A stretch of DNA of 64,000 bases from a virus (taxonomy: Duplodnaviria; Caudoviricetes): positions 3,869 to 67,868 of IMG/VR virus record IMGVR_UViG_3300034061_005995; one strand, written 5' to 3'. Below, piece by piece: positions 47,912 to 59,495 of the stretch. A program made the position numbers and the translations under genes. The notes beneath the pieces are model-generated. The model had not been told where the DNA came from, did no database searches, and was given only the letters and a program-made list of their open reading frames with translations. The stretch's first letter is position 1. Each line of letters starts with the position of its first letter.

Positions 47912-50900
47912 ATGCCAAGTCCTTTAGATTTTCCATCAACAGCAAGTTTTAGAAATGCTTTAATAGTAAGGAATTTAAGTCCATATTCAGTTCCTGGAGT
48001 ATATTCACCACCAAGTGGACCAAGAATATATGAAGTAATTCAAAGAGATTTACCAGTTATTGATTCTGATGATAATTTAATTTTAAATGACCCTTTTGCG
48101 GATATCTTATATCCATTAAATGCTTATGGACCATCTGGCGGTTACAATAAAAATATTAATGCAGGTAATTTAGCAAATACAAAAACTAATTTAGGTGAAT
48201 ATGATTATTCAGATGCGAATTTATTAATTAATAGTGAACAATTTACTAAAGACTCATTTAATAATAATATATTTAATCCGTCACCAAATACTTCAACATT
48301 TACTGTTGGTAATACTATTCAGCCAAGAACTGGTCCAACTGTTCAATTTTATACTAATTATGGCGTTCCAACTTCTTTTGTTCCATCATCATATTCACCA
48401 TATCAACTTTTATTACAAGATAATCCTCAAGGTACTAATGGAAGATTATCACAAGATTCATATTTAGCGAGACTTGGTGCAACAACATTAAGAAACGAAT
48501 TTAGAGAAAGAATTGCAAGAGAATTAACACAAAATACAATAGGTAGAGTTAATTTACCTAATGCTGTTTCAGACCCTATTGAAGCTTTACAAATTTTACA
48601 AGGTAAAAGACCACTTATAGAAAGAGATTGGGTAATTACAAGACCTTCAAATTTAGCATTAAGAGGCATAGATTTTACAGCAAGACTATCTGGGGCTTAT
48701 TATCCATCATCACCAATTCCTGGTGAATATTTTCAATTTAGTGAACAGAATTTAAGTCTTTTTGGTCAGATATCTGCAGCGTTTAATAATGGTAAAACGC
48801 CATCTGGTGGTATTTTGGGTAAAGTTATGGGTTTACTTTCAAAAGAAAAAAATCCATCGCAATTATTTTTGGATAATACTGGTGATGGTCAAAAATCACA
48901 ATTATTTTATCTTCTTGATTATAACAAATATACGCCAACATATGAGCGTAGTAATTTGGGGCTTGTTAATACTGTAAGAGACTTTTTTAGAAGCTTATTG
49001 GATAAACCTTCTGAAGGTGGTTATTATGTTGGTAGTAAACAATCTGAGCCATCATTAATAAACTCACCAAGTGGAGACTTGCCATTAAATTCTTTTGGTC
49101 AAGAAGTTCAGTCACCAGTATATGGTCCTGAAGTTTTAAGTAATTTATTTGAAGGGGACCAAAGATTAAAATTTGGATTTAATGGTAAAAGTTTAACAGA
49201 TGGTGGTGGTATTGACGGTGGTTTTGTTTGGACTTCACAAAAGTACAATAATCCAGGATTTAAAGCGACTGTTGGTGGAGACCAAGGTCCTGAAGATTCT
49301 GAATTCAATTTGATTAAATCACAAATTGATTCATCAATATCTCAAAATTATAACTTTAAACAAGGTTCTATCTTAGATATTACACAAAGATTAGTTGATT
49401 CTACGCCAAATGGTTCTAAAAGATTATCTCACGTTGGTAATGCTATTAATCAATTAAGTAAGGTGTTTAATGATGGATATAAAGAAATAACTAAAGGGTC
49501 TAAAGTAATTGGATATACTAATCCATCTAAAGGCCAGTACGTTTCGTCAAATATTTATTGCAGAGTATTCACCAAAGATACGCCATATTATACATATGCA
49601 GATTTACAAAAAACTGATGGTAATATTCGAAAATTTACATATTCAATATTAGATAATACATATAATTTAAATATTGCACCATTAAAAAATCCTGGTTCAA
49701 CAAATATTGTAGATAATAAAGTTAAAAAATATATGTTCTCACTTGAAAATCTTGCATGGAGAACATCAAATAGACCAGGATTTACATACGATGATTTACC
49801 AGTTTGTGAACGAGGCCCCAATGGTGGTAGAATAATGTGGTTTCCTCCGTATGATTTACAATTTAATGAGTCGGCAACACCATCATTTCAAGATAATGAT
49901 TTTCTTGGAAGACCTGAACCAATATACACATATAAAAACACTAAAAGAACTGGTAGTGTTAGTTGGAAGATAATTGTTGACCATCCAAGCATATTAAATA
50001 CCATTGTTAATAATGAATTAAGAAAAGAGACAAATACTGAAAATATTAATGCAATTGTTGATTCATTTTTTGCAGGATGTTTAAAATATGATATATATGA
50101 GCTTGCAAAACGTTGGAATACATTATCACCTAATGAATTATTTGAAATTCAAAAAATAATTACTGATGTTAATTTAAAAGGTGAAGATTTAGACAATTTG
50201 AAAAAAAATGCTCAGAGTGTTAATTTACAAAATTCTGAACCAAATGGTGATAGTGGGGTAAATCCAGATATTTCATCAAACAATATTAATATAATTAATT
50301 TTAGTAATTATGAAAATTTAGGATTTTATTTTGATAATGATTATCCAGACCCCAAAACTGAAAGGACAACGGCAACTGCTAATTTTCAAACTTGGTATAA
50401 TACATATACATCGCCAAAAGATATTAAAAGATATCAAGATAACGCTAAAAACAAACAATCTGTTGATACATTTTTTGAAAAAGTAATAATTAATAATTAC
50501 AATTATATTAATTCTGAATTATTAAATGCTATTCAAGAGTATTTTGAAAGTTTTATTAATGTAAATAATGATGGTGTAAAGCCAAATTTAAAAATATTTC
50601 TTAAAGGTTCAGCATCATCACCAAATACAAAAAATTATAACATTAATTTATCTAAACGTAGAATAGATTCTGTAAAAAAATATTTTGAAACTATTCGTGA
50701 TGGGTTTTTTAAACCATATGTTGATAACAAAAATTTAGAAATTTCTGAATCAGCTCTTGGTGAAGAAACAACTGTTACGCCACGTACAGTACCTTCAGAT
50801 ATTACTTATAATTCTTATAATTGTACGGATGCGGATACAAACAATGTAAATTATGATAAGATATATTCTGTAGATGCTATGGCGTGTCGTAGAGTTGTTA

Positions 50901-52843
50901 TTGATAAAATTGTAGCTTACTATCCACCACCAGTAAACATTAATACGCAAAATACGACACAAAATAATGACCCTAATGAAGTTATTATAACACCGCCAAG
51001 GCCAACAGTAACAATTCAGCAAAAATTAAGAGATGGTATATCTAAAAAGATTTTAAGAAGATTATTATCTGAATGTGATTATTTTGAATTAATTAAAGAA
51101 TCTAATCCGATGTTTTATGATTCAGTTAAAGAAAAACTTAAATATTTTTCTCCAGCATTTCATTCAATTACACCTGAAGGATTAAATTCTCGATTAACAT
51201 TTTTACAACAATGTACAAGACCTGGTGACACAATACCAGTAATTGGTACAGATGGTAAACCAAAATATGATAATGCAACAAATACTAATTTTGGTGCACC
51301 ACCTGTTTTAGTTCTTAGAATTGGTGATTTTTTTCATACGAAAATTGTTCCAACGGGTTTACAAATTGGTTATGACCCATTAGTTCTTGATATTAATCCT
51401 GAAGGTATTGGTGTTCAACCAATGATTGCTAAAGTTACATTAAATTTTAATTTTGTTGGTGGGCAAGGTCTAAAAGAACCGATTAATAAATTACAAAATG
51501 CCTTAAGTTTTAATTATTATGCGAATACTGAAATGTTTGACGAAAGAGCTGACGCTACTGATGATTCGTATAAAGTATTTGATGAGGATTTAAAAAATGA
51601 TATATTGTCCCAAAGTCAACCAGTATTACCTGTTAATAATAATATTGAAAATGCTGGTGGTCAAACAATTGGTACAATATTAACACAACAAAGTTTAGAA
51701 AATGGTATTTCAGGTACAACTTCATATCAAAAAATAATGGGAGCATTATTAACAGATGGTCAAACATATATTGACTCAGTGTATAATAAATTTAATCAGA
51801 TTATTACAAATTATAATTTACCATTGGTTAATTTGCTTACACAATCTGTTAAGTATAATACGGGTAATATTTTACAATACAGTGCGGAACCAAAGTCATT
51901 AAAAATTATTGGCAAATCTGATTCATATGAGTCATTAATAATTAGTTTAACTAATAAAATAATTGATGAAATTGAAAAAGTTAATAGTAAAAATGATGAT
52001 GGTTATGGTTTAATTAAAGAATTATATAATAATAATTGTAAAAAAACTTACATTAAACAATTTAAATTAAATTTAATTAATTATTTACTTAGATTACAAG
52101 AAAATGTTATATTAAATTTAACAGAGATTAATAATGAATTTGTATCTGTTCAACAAAAATTAATTACAGATTTTTCAAAAATCGATTTTGTTGCAACATT
52201 AAGTGATGGTTATATTAATTCGAATCAAGATGCAATAGTATATAATCTATTATCAACAACTGGCGTTACACCAAATAGTAAATATGCTAATACATTAGAT
52301 GAGTTAGTTGGTGACTATAAATTAAGTAGTGATAAATTAAATAGTTATTATCAATTATATAATCAATATAATTTAGTTAATAAAGATATTACTATTAATA
52401 ATCTTAGTATAGTAAACGAAATTGAAAATTTTAAATTCTTAGCAAATACTGATAAATTAGTATATGTTTTAATGTCAAATATTATTTTAAATAGTGAAGA
52501 GTTTAATAAATTTACTGATGCTGTTTTAAAAGATATTAAAATTGATATTAATTTAAGTACAACAAATGTAAAAACAGTTTTTAATAACTATTTTAAGAAT
52601 AAGGAACCAATATATCGAGGACAATATAATAGTGATTTAACATATTTTAAAGGAATTACCTCAGAATATAATTTATTATATAAAAAATGGAGTCCATTTG
52701 ATAACACGTCTAATAGAGTTTTTAATTTTAACAATTTTACACCAGCAACTGATGAACAAAAAACGAGGATTCAAAATATATATAAAAACGGTAATTCAAA
52801 TGAAGATACCAAAGTGTTTAATGGAAAAAATAAATTAAATTGA
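47912..52843 (+). CDS. Large baseplate/tail protein with an embedded OmpA-like domain
   Basis: 1643 aa; 'FLGRPEPIYTYKNTKRTGSVSW' and 'GAPPVLVLRIGDFF' are tube-initiator-like; 'GSASSP...YNINLSKRRIDSV' is OmpA-C-like. Confidence 0.6.
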   Translation: MPSPLDFPSTASFRNALIVRNLSPYSVPGVYSPPSGPRIYEVIQRDLPVIDSDDNLILNDPFADILYPLNAYGPSGGYNKNINAGNLANTKTNLGEYDYSDANLLINSEQFTKDSFNNNIFNPSPNTSTFTVGNTIQPRTGPTVQFYTNYGVPTSFVPSSYSPYQLLLQDNPQGTNGRLSQDSYLARLGATTLRNEFRERIARELTQNTIGRVNLPNAVSDPIEALQILQGKRPLIERDWVITRPSNLALRGIDFTARLSGAYYPSSPIPGEYFQFSEQNLSLFGQISAAFNNGKTPSGGILGKVMGLLSKEKNPSQLFLDNTGDGQKSQLFYLLDYNKYTPTYERSNLGLVNTVRDFFRSLLDKPSEGGYYVGSKQSEPSLINSPSGDLPLNSFGQEVQSPVYGPEVLSNLFEGDQRLKFGFNGKSLTDGGGIDGGFVWTSQKYNNPGFKATVGGDQGPEDSEFNLIKSQIDSSISQNYNFKQGSILDITQRLVDSTPNGSKRLSHVGNAINQLSKVFNDGYKEITKGSKVIGYTNPSKGQYVSSNIYCRVFTKDTPYYTYADLQKTDGNIRKFTYSILDNTYNLNIAPLKNPGSTNIVDNKVKKYMFSLENLAWRTSNRPGFTYDDLPVCERGPNGGRIMWFPPYDLQFNESATPSFQDNDFLGRPEPIYTYKNTKRTGSVSWKIIVDHPSILNTIVNNELRKETNTENINAIVDSFFAGCLKYDIYELAKRWNTLSPNELFEIQKIITDVNLKGEDLDNLKKNAQSVNLQNSEPNGDSGVNPDISSNNINIINFSNYENLGFYFDNDYPDPKTERTTATANFQTWYNTYTSPKDIKRYQDNAKNKQSVDTFFEKVIINNYNYINSELLNAIQEYFESFINVNNDGVKPNLKIFLKGSASSPNTKNYNINLSKRRIDSVKKYFETIRDGFFKPYVDNKNLEISESALGEETTVTPRTVPSDITYNSYNCTDADTNNVNYDKIYSVDAMACRRVVIDKIVAYYPPPVNINTQNTTQNNDPNEVIITPPRPTVTIQQKLRDGISKKILRRLLSECDYFELIKESNPMFYDSVKEKLKYFSPAFHSITPEGLNSRLTFLQQCTRPGDTIPVIGTDGKPKYDNATNTNFGAPPVLVLRIGDFFHTKIVPTGLQIGYDPLVLDINPEGIGVQPMIAKVTLNFNFVGGQGLKEPINKLQNALSFNYYANTEMFDERADATDDSYKVFDEDLKNDILSQSQPVLPVNNNIENAGGQTIGTILTQQSLENGISGTTSYQKIMGALLTDGQTYIDSVYNKFNQIITNYNLPLVNLLTQSVKYNTGNILQYSAEPKSLKIIGKSDSYESLIISLTNKIIDEIEKVNSKNDDGYGLIKELYNNNCKKTYIKQFKLNLINYLLRLQENVILNLTEINNEFVSVQQKLITDFSKIDFVATLSDGYINSNQDAIVYNLLSTTGVTPNSKYANTLDELVGDYKLSSDKLNSYYQLYNQYNLVNKDITINNLSIVNEIENFKFLANTDKLVYVLMSNIILNSEEFNKFTDAVLKDIKIDINLSTTNVKTVFNNYFKNKEPIYRGQYNSDLTYFKGITSEYNLLYKKWSPFDNTSNRVFNFNNFTPATDEQKTRIQNIYKNGNSNEDTKVFNGKNKLN

Positions 52844-53166
52844 TGTCAACATTATATTATAATAGATACAATAATTTTTTAATTAATGGCCAACAAACCG
52901 TTGTACCATTTGTGAAGATTCCTTCAAAATCTACAGATAAACAATTTATTTATCGTCAAGGTATTAGTAGATTAGATAAAATATCTCAAGAGTATTATCA
53001 GAGTCCTGTATTTGGTTGGTTAATTATGCTTGCTAATCCACAGTATGGTGGGCTTGAATGGAATATACCTGATGGTTCTATATTGACAATTCCATTTCCT
53101 TTAATATCTTCTATTCAGGATTATGAATCTCAATTAAATAATTATTTCTTTTATTATGGTAGGTAA
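52843..53166 (+). CDS. Baseplate wedge gp53/LysM-like small protein
   Basis: 'RLDKISQEYYQSPVFGWLIMLANP...LTIP'. Confidence 0.7.
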   Translation: MSTLYYNRYNNFLINGQQTVVPFVKIPSKSTDKQFIYRQGISRLDKISQEYYQSPVFGWLIMLANPQYGGLEWNIPDGSILTIPFPLISSIQDYESQLNNYFFYYGR

Positions 53167-56100
53167 TGAAAATATTCTTGTCGATTTTGACTGTCAAAAC
53201 TTAATTTTAGTTAACCCAAATAAAGTTGTTAATGATTTTGGTGAAGTTAATGACAGATTAATTAATCATGAAAATTTAGTTTTTTATGCTAATTTAGAGT
53301 GCTCATTATTTCCAAGAACAAGACTTGCTGTAGGTTCAAATGGTAATTATAACAATGAAACAATATCAATTGCTAAAGTAAATTTTTTAAAACCTGGTAA
53401 TAAAACAAATTTAACAAATGAATATTTAGATGAGATTACTGGTTTAGATACTGTTAAAGGTAAAGGTGTCAATCAAATCATTGAAAAAACTAATAATCAA
53501 TCCTCTGAAAAATATATTACGCAAACTGTAGAAAATAATATTGATACAGAATTATTAGGAATTACTCAAATTGAGATTAATTCCAATTTAAGTTTTATGC
53601 CAGAAGTAACAATTCAAATGGAAGATATCCGTGGCAGAGCTTTATTTGAGAAAGGTGAAAATTCCCCATATTCAGTATTTTTCAATTATCCATATCCACT
53701 TTTTTATTTAACAGTAAAAGGCTATTTAGGCCAAGCAATTAAATATCAATTAGCATTAAGAACATTCTCAGCCAGATTTGATACTGAAAGTGGAAATTTT
53801 AAAATAACTGTTAAATTTTATACATATAAGTATAATATTCTTACAATGTTACCTATGAAGACAATAATGAATGTGCCTTATATGTATCGAAAAAAATATC
53901 AAATTTCTCCAACAAATAATGCTAATTTACAGTCTTCAGCTAATCAGTTAAACCAAAATCGGAAACCAGTATCAGTAATAACTTCATCAAAAGGATATGA
54001 AAAAGTTAGAGAAGTTTATTCAGATTATAAATCTAAAGGGTTAATACCTGACAATTTTCCTGAAATAACAATTCAGGATTTATTAATTAGATTAGAAAAT
54101 CTTGAGACATACATTTTGAATACTTTTACACAAGCTGATTTAATACCGTTAACAGATGCTAAAAATTATAGAACAACATTAAATAAATTTGAGGGTGAAG
54201 TTATATTATATAATCAAGTATCTTGGGTTAATAAGTATTTGAACACTAAAGATTTTTATAGTTATAATAATAATAGAATATATACGTTTAAAAAAGAAAT
54301 TGTTGAAAATGGATTAATTTCAAGAGCTTTAGTTGAATTAAAGGAAATAACCAATAAATACAATGAAGAATTAAAAGAAAATAAAACATATGGATTAAAT
54401 GGTAATTACACAATTAACAATAAAACAATTAATTCAAGTGTATATCAAAAAATAAAGGTTAATAAAATTAATCCTTTATTAAATAATAAAGATTATGAAG
54501 AGTCTTACAAATTAAGATTTAATAAAAATCCATTAACAAATACTGAAGATTTTAATAGGTTTGTTAATGAAAGTAAGGTATTATTTTTATCATTACCAAA
54601 TAATACATTTAATAGTACAATGTGGTTTTCATTTGATGGTAATGGTGAGTTTACTAAACAAATTCAGTTAATGAATAATCGTTTAGATGAAAAACAACAA
54701 TTAATTCAAAAAGAACTTACTGAGATTTTATCAACACGTCTTTCAAGTAGTGATGGTGGATTAGGTTTCAAACCAAGTATACGTAATATTCTTGCTGTAA
54801 TATTAGCAAATACTGAAGCATTTATTAGACTTATGTGTGATGTTCATGAATCAGCTTGGGAACAGCGTCAAAATAAATATAGACTTGAATCTATTATTGG
54901 TACAAATTCTACAGTATTATCTTCAGATTCTAAAGATAGAGTACAAATTGAAGGTGAAGAATTAAATCCAGTATATCCATGGCCTCAATATTTTAGAGAG
55001 ACTAATGATGATAATGGTGAAAAGTATGAGTTAATGTATCCTGGGGACGCAACAGTTATCTCTAAAACTAAAGGATATTTATATGATGTATGGCCTGAAA
55101 TTGAATTTATTGAAGAATTTTTAAAAGCTGATGTTTTAACAAAAGATGGTGGAAGTTTATCTGAAATAACACCTTATACAAATGCCCAATATGTTGTTAA
55201 CAGAGTATCTTTAAATAGTATTGATTTTCCGACAAGTAATACAATATTTTCAAATAAACAAGAAAGTAAATTTCTTTATGAAATATGGGAAAGACTGTAT
55301 TTAGCATCTTTTTATCAGAGATTTAACAAAAGGGGTGCTAAAAATAGAATAGCTGATGTAATTTCAGAATCTGAATTTATTAATATCCAAAAATCTCTTG
55401 GTGCAACATCACCAAGTTTAACTCAAAAATTAAAAAATTATGGATTTAATTCTACAAATTATGAATCAGTATTATATAATATTTCAAATAACGGTTTAGG
55501 AGAAAGTTGGCAAAAGTACATTAGAGGGGATTTTGCAACATCATATATTCAACAAGAAATTGAAAATAGTTTTGCAATATTTGATAAAGAATTATTAGAT
55601 AATAACTCAAATGTTATCGAGCCAGAACCTACACAAATATCTAAATTACAAGATTATTTATTAAGTACTGAATCCAATAATTTTGAGTTTTTAGATACTG
55701 TTCCATATAATAACGATACATGGTATGTTAAAAATTTAGCAAATTCAAAAACTACAAGTATAGCGCAAACTTTCAATACTACACAAACATTATTTTATAA
55801 TGTAAACAAAAAAATGATTTCAAATTTTACTCCAGAAATGTCAACTAATGAAGTTAGACCTGTTGTAAATTTTAATATATATAAAATTTTTAATATTGAC
55901 CCTACGCCAACCCAAAATAGGCTATCAACATTTTATTCTGAAAAAACAAACGCTAAAATGTATCCTACTGAAGGTTTTATTAATTATAGTGGAAATGTTT
56001 TACAAACCACATCAATATTAAATACTCCATATTTTATTAATTCAATTCAGGAGGGTGTAAACAACTGGCTTAATGGTGATAAAAATCCATATAAAGCTGC

Positions 56101-59100
56101 AGCATATCTTTTCTTGAATAGTTTACCATTATCAACATTAAGAGAAAAATATAAAACATATACATCAAATGAAACAACAAATGATTTAGATTATATTTTT
56201 GCAACATTTAAAAAATATGGAGCCTTACACAAGGTACCATATGCTTTTATATTGAAGTACGGTTCTATATGGCATAGATATAAAAATTATGTAGAAAATG
56301 GTGTTGATATATTACAAAATGTTTTTACAAATTTTAGTGCACAAACAAATTATGACCCAATCGGTAATAGTTTATCAAAAGAGTATAATTTAATTATTAA
56401 TGGTACTCCTAAAAAAATTGTAGCACAAAATACAACGACTGTTGGAGCAACAAGTTTAACAGAAATTAATGTAGGATTTTATCCAAAATTAATAAATGAT
56501 TTTAGCGTATTTTTAAGGGGATATCAAATTTTTGATACATATTCAGATTCTGATATCCAATCACAATTAAATGTTACAAATGGTTTTAATTTGGTTTTTG
56601 GTGATAGTTCATCATTTAATTTAGATGTTGGTTATGACCCATTAAATATAAACGATAGATTAAGATTCAAAACTTGGTCAGTATCTTTACAAGATTCATT
56701 ATTAAATAAAACATATATTTTACCATCTTTTGGTACAAATATTAATCAAGTTTTAAATGAATGTATTGTTGATAATAAATTAAAGCAACCAATAAAAAAT
56801 AACCCATCTATATTTAATGGTTCAGTAAGAACTTTTTGGTCTTTACCTAATTACGGTTATTTCAATAATTCGAATATCGTAATTGCAACACCTGAGCAGT
56901 ATTTAAAACAAATTTTAACAGGCGAAAGCGAACAGCAAACATTTATTTTAAATAATTCAGATAATTACACAAACATTGAAGAAATTTTTTCAATTTTTGA
57001 CAGGTCGGCTTTAGACATTATGGAAACTGAATTTTTAAATTTTGCTAAATCTGAATATGATTTTGAAGTTCAGGGTGTATCAACATCATCAAGTGGAACA
57101 ACTATTAATAAAATTATTATAGATTCTTTACCTAATAATACTGAAACAACATATAAAAACTTTCAATTATTAATAAAAGAATTATTATCCGTTAATCAAG
57201 TATCTTATACAAATTCTGAAAATTTTATTAATTCTAATAAACAAAGCCAATTAAATAATGCTAATTTAATAATTCAGAAATTTATTGAATATGATGTAGT
57301 AATTAAAAATGGTAATCCTGCAAATTATAATCGTAAAGTGTTTGAAAGTTTTAGACAAAACACTAACATTATTGATACCTTAACATATGAACCATATATT
57401 GAAAATAGTTTACCAACTATCGGTGGTACAACTACATTAGCACAATCTGTATTAGCATATCCTTCAGCTTGGAAAGCATTAAGAACTTATGTCGGATTTT
57501 CATCAATAGATGGTTTAAAATATTCTGATAATGGTAGTTTTTACACTGATTTCTTTGTTGATATGAATATTGAGTTTAGTGAAAAATCTGTTAAAGAGTT
57601 GGCTCCACTAATTAAAGTGTATGCAACACAAAAAACAAAAAATAATGTTATAAATAGAAATCAATTTGTTCAGCTTATTGAGAATTATTTAAATTCAGAA
57701 CAAGAATTTTCAAATTTATTATTAAATAGTTTATTTCAAAAGGTAAATAAAAATTTACCAAATGTTTCCGAAGCAAGTATTTCTGAAAAAACTACAGCTA
57801 TAGATTCTGAAGTTACTAAATTACAATTATGGGAAAAATTTAAATCAATAAATGATTCTTGGATTTCAGGATATGATTATAAGCAAACAACATTCTTAGA
57901 AGATGTTTTAATATTAGATAGAGCAAATCGTGATATTGGCAATGATATTTTAATTGACCCATATAAAGTTAGAATATTGTTAACAGATATGAATGAAAGT
58001 GCTTCAGTATTCGCATATATTAACTCAATAATGACCAAGCATGACTTTGTTACAATGATGAGTCCAGGTTATGTTAATTTTTATAATGTTCAAGAAGTTC
58101 AGCGCAATTCAGTACCAAAAATTGAAGGTACACTCGAATTTGCTAATAATCTTTTTGGTACATTTTTAAATGTTGATACCAGAAAAGCATCACCAAAGTT
58201 AATTTGCACATACATTGCAAAACCGAGTGAATACCCTAATATGGATAAAAATCAAACTTTCAGATTTAAAAATGATGCATTTAAATTTGGTTGTGGTGGT
58301 GATAACCCATTACTTGATAAATTAAAAGATAAGCAAAATTGGGGATTAACTAACCGAGTTGTAGGATTTAATGTTGATATTGGGTTAAGAAATCAAAATA
58401 TATTTTATAGATTTAATGTTAGCCAGGATTTAGGTAAACAAACTTTGGAATCCATGGAACAAGTTAATAGAATGATTAATCAAGCTAACGGTAAAAAAGT
58501 TGCGACACAAAACGTTTCTTTATGGAATTTTTACACAACAAGGTCTTATGAATGTGAAGTTGAATCGTTAGGTAATGCATTAATTCAACCAACTATGTAT
58601 TTTAATTTACAATATGTTCCAATGTTTAATGGTCCTTATCATATAAATGAAGTACGACATGTAATTACACCAAGTTCATTTAGAACAACATTTAAAGGTA
58701 TTAGACAACAAATTTTCGCATTACCTAAAATAAGTAATTATATTCAAAGTTTAACTAATCAAATATTTAATGATTTAGTTAAGACAACAACGCAAAGCGT
58801 AAGTACAAATCCAACAAATAGTAATACTGGAACAACTCAAAATTCCCCAAGTAACCCAATAAAAAGAAATACTTTTAAAATTGATAATAATTCGAGTAAT
58901 TGTTTAAGAATTATTAATAAAAAATTTACTAATTATATTTCTGTAGAAGAATCTGGAAGTAAACTTAATATTACAGATGTTATTAATAAAATAAAAGAGC
59001 AGGTTACTATAGGGGGTAATTTAACAAATTCAAGAGTTTTAACATTTGTAACAATTTATTTAGCAACATATAATGATAATGTATTTACTACTTGGAATAA

Positions 59101-59458
59101 TAATTTTTGTGGAGCAAGATTAGATGTAAATTGGAGGGGTAATTTGCAATTTTTCTTTAATAAAGAATTTATTTGTCAAATAGGTTCAGATGGTGTTTCT
59201 TATCCTTATGCAGTTTTTGATGATTTAAATATAATGCTTAAATTTATGGAGGCTTTTTGGCAAAATGTTTCAGGCACATTTTCAACAATAGACGCTCAAA
59301 CAATTTTTGCAAAATGGAAAAGTAATTTCAATACATCTAATACTTTATCAGCTGGGGCCTTGGTTGATTATATAAATAAGAATCAGGAAGAATATAATTA
59401 TTATTTAAAAGAAATTGAAAAAGCTCTTAAATTGGCAAAAGATAATTCATTGTATTAA
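53156..59458 (+). CDS. Very large baseplate hub/tail protein
   Basis: 2100 aa; N-terminal 'LGITQIEI...PEVTIQMEDIRG' and C-terminal 'VESLGNALIQPTMYFNL...FNGPYHINEVRHVITPSSFRTTFKGIR' are hub (gp27/VgrG-like) features. Confidence 0.6.
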   Translation: MVGNENILVDFDCQNLILVNPNKVVNDFGEVNDRLINHENLVFYANLECSLFPRTRLAVGSNGNYNNETISIAKVNFLKPGNKTNLTNEYLDEITGLDTVKGKGVNQIIEKTNNQSSEKYITQTVENNIDTELLGITQIEINSNLSFMPEVTIQMEDIRGRALFEKGENSPYSVFFNYPYPLFYLTVKGYLGQAIKYQLALRTFSARFDTESGNFKITVKFYTYKYNILTMLPMKTIMNVPYMYRKKYQISPTNNANLQSSANQLNQNRKPVSVITSSKGYEKVREVYSDYKSKGLIPDNFPEITIQDLLIRLENLETYILNTFTQADLIPLTDAKNYRTTLNKFEGEVILYNQVSWVNKYLNTKDFYSYNNNRIYTFKKEIVENGLISRALVELKEITNKYNEELKENKTYGLNGNYTINNKTINSSVYQKIKVNKINPLLNNKDYEESYKLRFNKNPLTNTEDFNRFVNESKVLFLSLPNNTFNSTMWFSFDGNGEFTKQIQLMNNRLDEKQQLIQKELTEILSTRLSSSDGGLGFKPSIRNILAVILANTEAFIRLMCDVHESAWEQRQNKYRLESIIGTNSTVLSSDSKDRVQIEGEELNPVYPWPQYFRETNDDNGEKYELMYPGDATVISKTKGYLYDVWPEIEFIEEFLKADVLTKDGGSLSEITPYTNAQYVVNRVSLNSIDFPTSNTIFSNKQESKFLYEIWERLYLASFYQRFNKRGAKNRIADVISESEFINIQKSLGATSPSLTQKLKNYGFNSTNYESVLYNISNNGLGESWQKYIRGDFATSYIQQEIENSFAIFDKELLDNNSNVIEPEPTQISKLQDYLLSTESNNFEFLDTVPYNNDTWYVKNLANSKTTSIAQTFNTTQTLFYNVNKKMISNFTPEMSTNEVRPVVNFNIYKIFNIDPTPTQNRLSTFYSEKTNAKMYPTEGFINYSGNVLQTTSILNTPYFINSIQEGVNNWLNGDKNPYKAAAYLFLNSLPLSTLREKYKTYTSNETTNDLDYIFATFKKYGALHKVPYAFILKYGSIWHRYKNYVENGVDILQNVFTNFSAQTNYDPIGNSLSKEYNLIINGTPKKIVAQNTTTVGATSLTEINVGFYPKLINDFSVFLRGYQIFDTYSDSDIQSQLNVTNGFNLVFGDSSSFNLDVGYDPLNINDRLRFKTWSVSLQDSLLNKTYILPSFGTNINQVLNECIVDNKLKQPIKNNPSIFNGSVRTFWSLPNYGYFNNSNIVIATPEQYLKQILTGESEQQTFILNNSDNYTNIEEIFSIFDRSALDIMETEFLNFAKSEYDFEVQGVSTSSSGTTINKIIIDSLPNNTETTYKNFQLLIKELLSVNQVSYTNSENFINSNKQSQLNNANLIIQKFIEYDVVIKNGNPANYNRKVFESFRQNTNIIDTLTYEPYIENSLPTIGGTTTLAQSVLAYPSAWKALRTYVGFSSIDGLKYSDNGSFYTDFFVDMNIEFSEKSVKELAPLIKVYATQKTKNNVINRNQFVQLIENYLNSEQEFSNLLLNSLFQKVNKNLPNVSEASISEKTTAIDSEVTKLQLWEKFKSINDSWISGYDYKQTTFLEDVLILDRANRDIGNDILIDPYKVRILLTDMNESASVFAYINSIMTKHDFVTMMSPGYVNFYNVQEVQRNSVPKIEGTLEFANNLFGTFLNVDTRKASPKLICTYIAKPSEYPNMDKNQTFRFKNDAFKFGCGGDNPLLDKLKDKQNWGLTNRVVGFNVDIGLRNQNIFYRFNVSQDLGKQTLESMEQVNRMINQANGKKVATQNVSLWNFYTTRSYECEVESLGNALIQPTMYFNLQYVPMFNGPYHINEVRHVITPSSFRTTFKGIRQQIFALPKISNYIQSLTNQIFNDLVKTTTQSVSTNPTNSNTGTTQNSPSNPIKRNTFKIDNNSSNCLRIINKKFTNYISVEESGSKLNITDVINKIKEQVTIGGNLTNSRVLTFVTIYLATYNDNVFTTWNNNFCGARLDVNWRGNLQFFFNKEFICQIGSDGVSYPYAVFDDLNIMLKFMEAFWQNVSGTFSTIDAQTIFAKWKSNFNTSNTLSAGALVDYINKNQEEYNYYLKEIEKALKLAKDNSLY

Positions 59459-59495
59459 TTTTTTTATTATATATGATATTTATAAATAAAATATT

